IMG/VR virus record: IMGVR_UViG_3300006931_000005
Span: 1 to 64,000 of that record
Length of the DNA stretch: 64,000 bases
Strand: one strand, 5' to 3'
DNA from: a virus
Shown: piece after piece, positions 7,909 through 16,464 of the stretch
How positions within the stretch are numbered: position 1 is the stretch's first letter
Layout: each line of letters starts with the position of its first letter
The notes under the pieces: model-generated
Told to the model about the DNA's origin: nothing
Seen by the model: the letters and a program-made list of their open reading frames with translations, nothing else
Database searches by the model: none
Translations under genes and position numbers: made by a program

Positions 7909-8385
7909 ATGGCCTCGTTTAACAAAGTAATCCTGATGGGCAACCTGACCCGCGACCCAGAGCTTCGGTACACGCCGAAGGGCATGGCCATCGCCAAGAT
8001 CGGCCTTGCCGTAAACCGTGTGTGGACGAATGAAGCAGGCGAAAAGAAAGAGGAGGTGACGTTCGTGGACGTGGATATGTTCGGACGCACGGCGGAGAAC
8101 GTCGCGCAGTACATGAAGAAAGGTCGGCCCATCATGGTCGAGGGCCGTCTCAAGCTCGATCAGTGGGATGACAAGACGACCGGCGCGAAACGCAGCAAGC
8201 TTGGCGTGGTCGCGGAGACTGTGCAATTTCTCGGCACCGCTCCCGGAGCCGGTGAAGGTGGCGGAGCGCCCGCACCATCGCAGCGCACCCAGCGTCCATC
8301 CGCGCCCCCTGCCGCGCAGGGCGAACTGCCAGTCGAAGGCGACGGCCCGCCTGAAGATGATGACGGTACGAATGTTCCTTTTTAA
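7909..8385 (+). CDS. ssb: Single-stranded DNA-binding protein
   Basis: FNKVILMGNLTRDPELRYT; acidic tail ending VPF. Confidence 0.97.
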   Translation: MASFNKVILMGNLTRDPELRYTPKGMAIAKIGLAVNRVWTNEAGEKKEEVTFVDVDMFGRTAENVAQYMKKGRPIMVEGRLKLDQWDDKTTGAKRSKLGVVAETVQFLGTAPGAGEGGGAPAPSQRTQRPSAPPAAQGELPVEGDGPPEDDDGTNVPF

Positions 8386-8423
8386 TGTTTGACATACTTG
8401 GCAAGTTCCATTTTAATACCCAC

Positions 8424-8870
8424 ATGAAGCGTTGCTTCAAATGCAAAAAAGTAAAGCCGCTGGGTGAGTTTTATGCTCACCCTAAAATGCTCGACGGCCA
8501 CTTGAACAAGTGCATCGACTGTGCCAAAAGTGATGTGGCTGCGAGAGTGATCGAAAAATCACAAGACCCGAAATGGTTGGCCGCAGAGCGTGAGCGTCAC
8601 CGGCTGAAGCAGGCAAATTACCGAAGGCTTGGTATTGCAACGCCGGTATCAAAAGAAGCGCGTAAGCAGTGGGCAAAAAGAAACCCGCACAAAATAAAGG
8701 CGCAACGTAAGGCTAATTGGGCCGTCCGGTCTGGCAAAATCAAACGTAAGAAAAAATGCGAAGGCTGCGGAAAGCGAAAGCGATTACAGATGCACCATGA
8801 TGATTATTCAAAGCCGTTGGCGGTTAAATTCCTGTGTTCGGGATGCCATGGTGAAGCCCATCAGAAATGA
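8424..8870 (+). CDS. HNH-type endonuclease
   Basis: CFKC...CIDC...CEGC...MHHDDYSKPLAVKFLCSGCH; own promoter TTGACA-N17-TTTAAT at 8389-8417. Confidence 0.8.
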   Translation: MKRCFKCKKVKPLGEFYAHPKMLDGHLNKCIDCAKSDVAARVIEKSQDPKWLAAERERHRLKQANYRRLGIATPVSKEARKQWAKRNPHKIKAQRKANWAVRSGKIKRKKKCEGCGKRKRLQMHHDDYSKPLAVKFLCSGCHGEAHQK

Positions 8871-9403
8871 AAACGCCATCACGCAAACCCTGTTGCATCC
8901 GCAACTGCCGGAAGTCGGTCGGGCCGTCGGAGAAAAGCAATAAGTGCCATTTCCACCGCCGCATGGCTTTCAAGAATAAGTTTCCGCTGAAGTATTCATT
9001 CGGTTACTTGCGGCGGCGGGCCAAGGTGCGCGGTGTGGTTTTTAAACTGACCTACGCGGAGTATGAGGCGTTCGCCATCAAAACCGATTATGCGCGGATG
9101 AAGGGCCGGAGCTCGCTGTCGCTGTCGGTGGATCGGATTGAAAACTCGCTGGGGTATTACCCTTGGAACATTCAGGCGATGACGATCCGGGAAAATGCGC
9201 GGAAGCAGTACGTCCCGTATTTCAATGGCGGCAAGATGCCGCAGCGGATGGCGGAGCAGCAGCATCACTTTGACAAAGAGTACCGCGCAAGGTGCGAGGG
9301 GTTGGCCCGGTCTGTGGGCGCGGTGTTCGAGCCGGGCACAAAAGAATTTTGGCGGCTGTTCCGCCATCGAAAGATAAAAATGTTTGAACAAGTAACAGCA
9401 TAA
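8867..9403 (+). CDS. HNH-like endonuclease
   Basis: LSVDRIENSLGYYPWNIQAMTIRENARK. Confidence 0.7.
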   Translation: MKTPSRKPCCIRNCRKSVGPSEKSNKCHFHRRMAFKNKFPLKYSFGYLRRRAKVRGVVFKLTYAEYEAFAIKTDYARMKGRSSLSLSVDRIENSLGYYPWNIQAMTIRENARKQYVPYFNGGKMPQRMAEQQHHFDKEYRARCEGLARSVGAVFEPGTKEFWRLFRHRKIKMFEQVTA

Positions 9404-9407
9404 AATT

Positions 9408-9800
9408 ATGAGCACAACATTCACTGAATTCGTAACCCTTGAACGCTGCACCTGTGGAAAGTGCGGCGGCGTCTTTGCTTTGAATCAAGACGTGCTGACC
9501 TATGCGCGTGCAAACGCTGGTCATTATCATTGTCCATATTGCGAAACCGAATGGGGTTGGTCTAAATCCGAAGCGCAGAAATTGCGCGAGCAGCTTGAGC
9601 AGACGCAGCGCGAATTGCGCGAGGCGAATTGCCGGGCGATCAATGAGCGGGCAGCGCGTGAATCCGTTGAGAGCGAAAACATAAAGCTTGGTAGAAAACT
9701 TGTCCGTGTTCGCAAGGGTGTATGCCCATGCTGTACCCGCTCGTTTTCAAACCTCAAGCGCCACATGGAAACGAAGCATCCTGAAGTTAGCAAGGCATGA
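9408..9800 (+). CDS. Zinc-finger / coiled-coil protein
   Basis: CGKC, CPYC, C2H2 CPCC...HMETKH. Confidence 0.8.
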   Translation: MSTTFTEFVTLERCTCGKCGGVFALNQDVLTYARANAGHYHCPYCETEWGWSKSEAQKLREQLEQTQRELREANCRAINERAARESVESENIKLGRKLVRVRKGVCPCCTRSFSNLKRHMETKHPEVSKA

Positions 9801-10726
9801 AGCTCCTGATCGTAGATGGCAGCAACATCGTGATGCGTGCCTCGTTCGGTGGAAAGATTGATCCCGCGCAATCCACACCGACAGCCATGGGCATGATCGA
9901 CCGCGCTTACCGCGATCTTGAAGCCACGCATCTCGTGATCGTGTTCGACTGCCCGGATTTTCCGACGTGGCGCAAAAAGCTTTACCCGGAATACAAGGCT
10001 CACCGCGAGACCGACACGCGGCCATGGATCGACGCCGCGCTCCGAGACTGGGATCGCTCGAAGCAATGGATTGAAGTAGCCGCAGGCTTCGAGGCGGACG
10101 ACATCATCGCCACCATCGCCGAACACGCGAAGCAAATGTGCGAAGTCTTGGTGCTCTCCAGCGATTCCGATCTGTTCCAAATTTCCTGCCCGGAAGTTTG
10201 CGTGTGCCGTCCGGTGAATGGTGGCGGAGTATCGGCAATGACGGAGGACATGATCTGCGAGCGGTACGGCATCGGCTACCCGGAGCTCATCGTGGACTTC
10301 AAGGCTCTGACTGGCGAGGACGGCGACAATGTGCCGGGCGTCGAAGGCATCGGAGCGGTCAAAGCCGCGCAGCTTTTGAAAGCCTACGGCACGCTGGAGG
10401 ATGTCATCAAGGCCGGGCAATCGAAGTCATGCAAGGGATCAACCAAGGTGGCGGAGGCCGCTGAAACGGCCCGGCTCGCCCATCGGTTGATCTCTTTGGA
10501 CAAAGCAGCGCCAGTCGTGAACTTGCTGTTGAAGCTTTTTTGTTTGAGCGAAAATTTCAAGCTCGCGCAGGATCAGTATCCAATGACGCTGCCGGAGCAG
10601 CGTGAGTACATTTACACTTTTCAGGAGCGGCTTGGAATTCTTGGCGCGGATCGCAACCCGACGGACGATCAGATTATTATTGCGAAGCTCGACGCCCAAG
10701 CGGTGATTGAGAAAATGAGATTATGA
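9797..10726 (+). CDS. 5'-3' exonuclease / flap endonuclease (Pol I N-domain type)
   Basis: LLIVDGSN, WRKKLYPEYKAHR, FEADDIIAT, SSDSDL, GEDGDNVPGVEGIG. Confidence 0.93.
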   Translation: MKLLIVDGSNIVMRASFGGKIDPAQSTPTAMGMIDRAYRDLEATHLVIVFDCPDFPTWRKKLYPEYKAHRETDTRPWIDAALRDWDRSKQWIEVAAGFEADDIIATIAEHAKQMCEVLVLSSDSDLFQISCPEVCVCRPVNGGGVSAMTEDMICERYGIGYPELIVDFKALTGEDGDNVPGVEGIGAVKAAQLLKAYGTLEDVIKAGQSKSCKGSTKVAEAAETARLAHRLISLDKAAPVVNLLLKLFCLSENFKLAQDQYPMTLPEQREYIYTFQERLGILGADRNPTDDQIIIAKLDAQAVIEKMRL

Positions 10727-10941
10727 GCCTGACCCGCGACCTCATTGCAAAAAAGCCTTGGGACTTTGCCGCCGAAGAAAAAAAGCACGCCGGGTGGATC
10801 ACCATCGCGCAGCGTGTCGTCAATGGTGATTACAGCAAGGCGGACGGCTCAACCCGGACAAGCCTCACCATCGGTCTCCGTGGATACCCTGATGACATTT
10901 GCCAACGTGCCGTGGAAATTCTGAAAAAATATGAACGCTAA
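10723..10941 (+). CDS. Hypothetical protein
   Basis: Translationally coupled ORF. Confidence 0.65.
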   Translation: MSLTRDLIAKKPWDFAAEEKKHAGWITIAQRVVNGDYSKADGSTRTSLTIGLRGYPDDICQRAVEILKKYER

Positions 10942-11233
10942 CGATTACATAAAGCAGGCCGAAAAAATCGAACCTGAAAAAGCGGTGCGGATGGGCCAGC
11001 AGTACACGCAGCTCTGGTCAACGTCCGAAGTGACTTGCCACTGCGGAACAAAGATTCATTTCATGGACGCATTTCGCTGCCTCTACTGTGGCGAGTTTTT
11101 TTGCCAGCGGTGTGCCGAGGTTCACTTCGGCCAGACGCACCGCGACTGGATGAAGCAAAAGCACCCTGAAGTATTGAAGCAACTAGATGGCGAAGCGATG
11201 GTCGAGTATTACAAACACCCGTCAAGGCCATGA
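10931..11233 (+). CDS. Zinc-binding hypothetical protein
   Basis: CHC...CLYC...CQRC...H. Confidence 0.7.
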   Translation: MNANDYIKQAEKIEPEKAVRMGQQYTQLWSTSEVTCHCGTKIHFMDAFRCLYCGEFFCQRCAEVHFGQTHRDWMKQKHPEVLKQLDGEAMVEYYKHPSRP

Positions 11234-11298
11234 TTAGCTTGTTGCAAACCATCCAGAATTATGTTGCAACGAAACTGAACTTGTATAATCTGGATGTC

Positions 11299-11763
11299 AT
11301 GCACTCAACTGTTAAAAAAGATAAAAGGTGGAAGCATGGATTTGCTGTTAAAAAGCAGATCGCTCCAGAGTATAGTTGCTGGGCTACAATGGTTCAGCGT
11401 TGCACAAATAAAAAATCAAAGGATTATAAATACTACGGAGGGCGCGGCATCAGGGTTTGCAATCGCTGGCGAAATTCATTCGTAAACTTTTTAAAAGACA
11501 TCGGCAAAAGACCGTCCAAAAAACACTCTCTGGAGCGGAAAGATAATGACGGTCACTATACGCCATCAAACTGCCGCTGGGCAACAAAAGCAGAGCAATC
11601 AAGCAATCGTCGAGATAACAGGATTTTAACTTACAAAGGCCAGTCAAAAACGATTACGGAATGGGCGCGGTTGACTGGCTCAAAATTTATGATTATTTCA
11701 AGGCGCATAGCAAGGGGGTGGAGCGTTGAAGATGCCCTGACCGAACCAATACAACAGCGATGA
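11299..11763 (+). CDS. Free-standing HNH homing endonuclease
   Basis: [20 protein letters not shown]...ERKDNDGHYTPSNCRWAT; AT-rich; TATAAT just upstream; alternative start 11230. Confidence 0.88.
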   Translation: MHSTVKKDKRWKHGFAVKKQIAPEYSCWATMVQRCTNKKSKDYKYYGGRGIRVCNRWRNSFVNFLKDIGKRPSKKHSLERKDNDGHYTPSNCRWATKAEQSSNRRDNRILTYKGQSKTITEWARLTGSKFMIISRRIARGWSVEDALTEPIQQR

Positions 11764-12422
11764 GCGTCGAGAATCTAAAAAAAGTTTTCGTGCAGGCGAA
11801 CGCCAGCGACATGGCTGACGGCAAGCGGTCGTACCAGCGGTACAACCAGTTGATGCGCCTGATGGGTGAGCAGAACGGATACGATCACACGATTGCCGCC
11901 GCAGTGTTCTGCGCCCTGTCTCCGAACAATGATTTCAACGGCAACCTGCGGGATGCCCGCAACCTCCTGAAAAATCACCGGGCCGGGCGCGGCATTGACG
12001 ATTTCAAGGTCTCGACTTACGGCAACAACAAGCGCAAGGCGTGGGCCATCGTAAACGGCGCTGATCCGCTGGAGTTAATCAAGGCTCCGAAAACGCGCAG
12101 CTTTTTTCTGAACGTCTGCGATCCGACCGACCACAAGCCGGTCACGGTGGACGGCCACATTTACAACTGCTGGAACGGAAAGCGGATGAATCTGATCGGA
12201 CTCCGCACGCTTGGAAATTACGACGAGGTGGCCGAGGGCGTGCGCGAGCTGGCGCGGGAGGAGAACATGGTGCCGTGCGAAATGCAGGGCATCCTCTGGT
12301 TCACATGGAAGCGCATCCACGGAATTTTGAGCACGCCGCAGATGTCGTTCTGGCACGACGACATGATCCTCGCCGGAATCGGATTTCACCGCACTGAACA
12401 ATTAACCGCCGCTGTCGCATGA
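11760..12422 (+). CDS. DUF7178-like, HhH-glycosylase-fold protein
   Basis: AAVFCALSPN...PKT.SFF.N...VTVDGH...MQGILW. Confidence 0.7.
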   Translation: MSVENLKKVFVQANASDMADGKRSYQRYNQLMRLMGEQNGYDHTIAAAVFCALSPNNDFNGNLRDARNLLKNHRAGRGIDDFKVSTYGNNKRKAWAIVNGADPLELIKAPKTRSFFLNVCDPTDHKPVTVDGHIYNCWNGKRMNLIGLRTLGNYDEVAEGVRELAREENMVPCEMQGILWFTWKRIHGILSTPQMSFWHDDMILAGIGFHRTEQLTAAVA

Positions 12423-12970
12423 GAAAAATTTTTGAAACCAGAATGTACTGGCCGCGCATCCCGCTCGCGCCGGTTGCCCACAAGATTTGCATTTACGAAA
12501 ACCTTGTGGCGTTCAGGACTGAAAAAGAGATGGGAACGTACCACGAGAAAAAGTGCTCATCCTGCCCCATCTACCGGAAGTGGAAATGCCCGGTCTGCAA
12601 CGGCTATCATTTTCTGGCCAAGGAGATGCCGGGTGCCGGTGGATCATCGGGCACGCAGCGGGAAAATACCATCAAGCTTCCGCGTGCCGAATGGGAGTTT
12701 AAAATCAAGCCGCAGGAGCCCGGTACGCAGTTCAATGTGATGGTGTTCACCGAGCAGGATCGGGCTAGATTTGGCAAAGATGCCTCCGAAGAAGTTGTGC
12801 GCCGACTTGAAGGATACGGCGTAAAGATTGAGTGGAACAAAGGTCTGCCGATCACGGACGAGCGCGCCACACTGATGTTCGCCACAACTCCGATTCATTA
12901 CCGGCGCAACGAGGCCGGTGACATGATGTACGGCTGGCACGAAAAAGTGGCCGATTTGCAGCCGGTGTGA
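12419..12970 (+). CDS. Hypothetical zinc-ribbon protein
   Basis: KCPVCNGYHF. Confidence 0.65.
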   Translation: MRKIFETRMYWPRIPLAPVAHKICIYENLVAFRTEKEMGTYHEKKCSSCPIYRKWKCPVCNGYHFLAKEMPGAGGSSGTQRENTIKLPRAEWEFKIKPQEPGTQFNVMVFTEQDRARFGKDASEEVVRRLEGYGVKIEWNKGLPITDERATLMFATTPIHYRRNEAGDMMYGWHEKVADLQPV

Positions 12971-13019
12971 AATCTTGAAATCAGTTGACCTCACGGGTTT
13001 TGGGTGCTAAGACAGCACT

Positions 13020-13238
13020 ATGGCAGCAACGGATAAAGATCGTTTGGCCCGGCGTTCGGACATCAGCGGCGTCCAGCCAGTGCCGGAGATCAAGTTTCCG
13101 AAGCTTCCGGCGAGGATAGTTCAGATTGATCCAGAGGGTTGCAAGCAGTACCAGCAGCAGCTCGATCAGGTTTTTAACGACTGGATTCAAAAGCTGAACA
13201 ATGTAACAGCCGGGCTTGCAGGCCAAATAAAACCGTGA
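13020..13238 (+). CDS. Small protein heading the ejection-protein operon
   Basis: TTGACC-N17-TAAGAC promoter; GTGA overlap with the next gene. Confidence 0.65.
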   Translation: MAATDKDRLARRSDISGVQPVPEIKFPKLPARIVQIDPEGCKQYQQQLDQVFNDWIQKLNNVTAGLAGQIKP

Positions 13239-15376
13239 AACTTTACTCTGCACTCGATACCCCGGCGCTCAATGGGACTACCCAGACACCGATCCGGGAT
13301 TTGACCGGGAGGATCACCGGATATTCAACCAATGGCACCGGCATCTCGACGCCGCTCTATGGCGCATCTCCAGTTAAACCGACCCGCGCCAAGCCACAGC
13401 AAAATTCCGAGGGCAAGTGGATCGACACGAGCACGGGTATGCCGTATCACGGAACGTACACCGACGAGTCGGGCCGCACGCAGTATTACTCGAACGGCCA
13501 ACAGGTGAGCAACGCGGCGGATGTCGGCATCCAGCAGCAGCCTTTCAGCGTTGAGCGCACGCCGAAAAATCCAACGATCAGCGGTGCCATCGACCAGCTC
13601 CAGTCGGAAATCCCGAACACCGGCCTGATGTCGAAGTCGTTCCAGAATTATTTGTCCGAGGCCAGCCGCGTGAACGCCGATGCGAAAGGCCAGCTCGCCA
13701 AAGATCAGGCCGCATACGACACGACCAGCACCGAGAACCGGCTGAACAACGACGTGGCATCGCAGTCGGATGCGCTGCTCGCCAACAACCGGAATTACGA
13801 GCTTGGACAAAATCAGGTTTTGAACGATGTCGGCGCGGCCACCCGGAATTACACGGGCGACCTTACCACCTCGCTCGCCGGGCTGGAAAAAGGCACGGCG
13901 CTCACCGCAGACCAGTTGCGGAAGAACAACGCCGATTATGCAGCGAATCAAAATAATGTTCAGGCGGATGTCGCCAATCAGACCCGTGATTACACGGCTG
14001 GCGAACAGTCGCGCATCAACGATCTCAATCAGCGGGCGGCGACAACCGATGCCAATATGCGTGCGAACAACGCGCAGTATTCCACGCAGCAGCACAATGT
14101 TCAGGGTGAGATCGCCGGACAGAACCAGACCTATTCGACCACGGTGGCTGATCGGCTGAACAAGCTGAAGTCCGATCTCGATACGCAGAACGCGCAGTAC
14201 GAGAAGGCTTCGCAGGCCGTCGCGGATCAGGCGTATGGCGCGGCCCAGAAGCGGAATGATCTTTACCAGTTGACGAGCGGCACGCCGACCTCCGGCAGCG
14301 GCAACCTCGACAACCGGTACATCAAGGCTTATCAGGACATCAACATCCCGCTGCAACAGCAGCTCGCGGATCGCCGCTATCAGCAGGTCAACCAGCTCGA
14401 TGCCGCGCACGCCGGGGCGGACGCGCAGAATTATCAAAACCTGATGTCGCAGTACGCGGGTGAATCCGCGCTCAACTCCGACCTATCCAATCGCGGTATG
14501 TCGCTGGAGCAATACCTTTCCAGTTTGTACGGCCAGAACTACAACGCGAACGAGAACGCGGGCCACAACATTTACGGCGCGAATCTTTCCGTGGACGCCG
14601 GGGCCAGCGCGTTGAATTCCGATCTGGCAAACCGCTCTACGAGCCTCGACCAGTATCTCCAGAGCCTTGGCACGCAGAACTACGGTGCCGAGACTTCCAC
14701 TGCCGGTGCTGTGAACAACGCCCGGCTCGGCCTTGCCAGCACGACGGCTGGAATGAATACGGATTTTGCGAACCGCAACGCGGACACTACGAAGTATCTG
14801 GCCACGACCGACGCGCAAACTGCATCGCAGATTCAGGCGCTCCGGGTGCAGACCGCAGGAATGTCCCGCGCTGCCGCCGCCAGCTATCTCCAGCAGCTCG
14901 CCGTGCCGACGCAGATGGCGCAGCAGGTCTTGGGCAACGACATCGCCAACCAGAGCGCAGTGCAAGGTCTCGACGAGCGGGCGAACGCCTACACGTTCAA
15001 CACGCCCTACGACGCTTCCCGCGTTCCGGCTTCGCCCGGATTTTCTGCGGTCGCACCGCGCAGCTACACGGCCACCTCCGGCGTGAACAACGGCCCGGTG
15101 TCCGGGAATTTGAACAGCCTGCCTTCGGGCTACACCGATACCGCAAGCAGCGGTCAGGTTGGAGCCGCTGGCGCAAATGGCTGGGTGCAGGGATCGGATG
15201 GAAATTATTATGTGCCCGATGCCACGCAGAAAACCGGCTACCGGCTGGTTTGGCAGAAGCCCGCGACTTTGGGTGGCCCTTACAATGGTAACACCTACAA
15301 CGTCGGTGGCCGCACCTACAACTACGGTGAACCTGACAGCGGCAGCGGTGTCATTGATTACGGAGTACGCGCATGA
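13235..15376 (+). CDS. Internal virion / DNA ejection protein, Q/N/A-rich with internal repeats
   Basis: Helical low-complexity composition, SALNSDL.NR..SL.QYL repeats, position before the giant protein. Confidence 0.7.
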   Translation: MKLYSALDTPALNGTTQTPIRDLTGRITGYSTNGTGISTPLYGASPVKPTRAKPQQNSEGKWIDTSTGMPYHGTYTDESGRTQYYSNGQQVSNAADVGIQQQPFSVERTPKNPTISGAIDQLQSEIPNTGLMSKSFQNYLSEASRVNADAKGQLAKDQAAYDTTSTENRLNNDVASQSDALLANNRNYELGQNQVLNDVGAATRNYTGDLTTSLAGLEKGTALTADQLRKNNADYAANQNNVQADVANQTRDYTAGEQSRINDLNQRAATTDANMRANNAQYSTQQHNVQGEIAGQNQTYSTTVADRLNKLKSDLDTQNAQYEKASQAVADQAYGAAQKRNDLYQLTSGTPTSGSGNLDNRYIKAYQDINIPLQQQLADRRYQQVNQLDAAHAGADAQNYQNLMSQYAGESALNSDLSNRGMSLEQYLSSLYGQNYNANENAGHNIYGANLSVDAGASALNSDLANRSTSLDQYLQSLGTQNYGAETSTAGAVNNARLGLASTTAGMNTDFANRNADTTKYLATTDAQTASQIQALRVQTAGMSRAAAASYLQQLAVPTQMAQQVLGNDIANQSAVQGLDERANAYTFNTPYDASRVPASPGFSAVAPRSYTATSGVNNGPVSGNLNSLPSGYTDTASSGQVGAAGANGWVQGSDGNYYVPDATQKTGYRLVWQKPATLGGPYNGNTYNVGGRTYNYGEPDSGSGVIDYGVRA

Positions 15377-16464
15377 TTCTCTACGCATCATCTCCTGATG
15401 GGGTCGCCCAGCAGCAGAATTACTACGACCAGCTCCGAATGAACGCGGAGCAGAACAATGCCGCACGCTTCGACGCGGCACAGGCCCGTGCGCTTCAGGC
15501 CACCCTTCAGCAACGTGAATCCGACCGGCGCTCGCAGGATGCCGCCGATACCTCCGCAGAGCAAGCTGACCAGTTCAACCAGCGTCTTGCCTTCGAGGGT
15601 CAGCAAGGTGATCTGAACCGCGCTTCACACGAGAAGGACGTGAACACGCAGTACAGCTCGACGCACGCCGACCGGCAGGATGCGATCAATCAGCGCGATT
15701 TCGAGCAGGCTCAAAAGCTGGCCATGGCTGGTCAGATTCCGCAGACCGAGGAGAAGGTTGCCTCGCTGTATCCGAATTTCAGCAAAGACCAGATCAAAGT
15801 TTTGGCGGCGGCAAGCTCGCAGCACGCCTTCGACCGTTTCGGCACCGCTCTCGATATGTCGATCCGCGCCGGTAATCCGTTGCCGCTTGAAGCCGTCTCC
15901 AAGATCGTCAACCCGGACTCTCCGATGTACAAGGACGCGATTGATTTTCGCACCGAAAAACTCGCGCCGTTCGTCCAGCAGTTCAAGACCGGTGAGGACA
16001 AGGCCCGCAAGGGAAATTTAGCAGCAAAGATTCAGGCTGATACCGAGGCTGCACCGCTTCCGACTTCATTGAGCGCCAATACCCCTATGTGGGCTGGCGG
16101 TTATGCAAATCCTATCAACTGGGGTATTCGGCTCGGCGAGCATTTGTTCCCGGATATTACCCCAGATAATACAATCCAGCCTCGTGGCGACTGGCAGACG
16201 CGGGCTCCGTCGATTGTTTCATCGCTCCGCGCTGGGAATGATCCGGCTGTAACCACAGACGTTACAACTGGAAAATTTGTGAACACGATGCTCAATCCGA
16301 ACGGTGGCCCGCAAGCACCGGAGCCGATTGTTCCGCCGATCCAGCCCGGCCCGGTCGCTCCTGTCCCCGGCGTTCCGACGGTCACAACTCAAGCCCAATT
16401 TGATGCGCTGCCCAGCGGTGCCATTTACATTGGAAAAAACGGTAAGCAATTTCGCAAGCCATGA
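15373..16464 (+). CDS. Internal virion / DNA ejection protein
   Basis: Q-rich N-terminus; C-terminal QFDALPSGAIYIGKNGKQFRKP motif typical of ejection proteins. Confidence 0.7.
   Translation: MILYASSPDGVAQQQNYYDQLRMNAEQNNAARFDAAQARALQATLQQRESDRRSQDAADTSAEQADQFNQRLAFEGQQGDLNRASHEKDVNTQYSSTHADRQDAINQRDFEQAQKLAMAGQIPQTEEKVASLYPNFSKDQIKVLAAASSQHAFDRFGTALDMSIRAGNPLPLEAVSKIVNPDSPMYKDAIDFRTEKLAPFVQQFKTGEDKARKGNLAAKIQADTEAAPLPTSLSANTPMWAGGYANPINWGIRLGEHLFPDITPDNTIQPRGDWQTRAPSIVSSLRAGNDPAVTTDVTTGKFVNTMLNPNGGPQAPEPIVPPIQPGPVAPVPGVPTVTTQAQFDALPSGAIYIGKNGKQFRKP

Noticed and set aside
11230-11763. HNH gene as part of a group I intron
   Set aside because: The flanking genes are complete and no intron core elements were seen.
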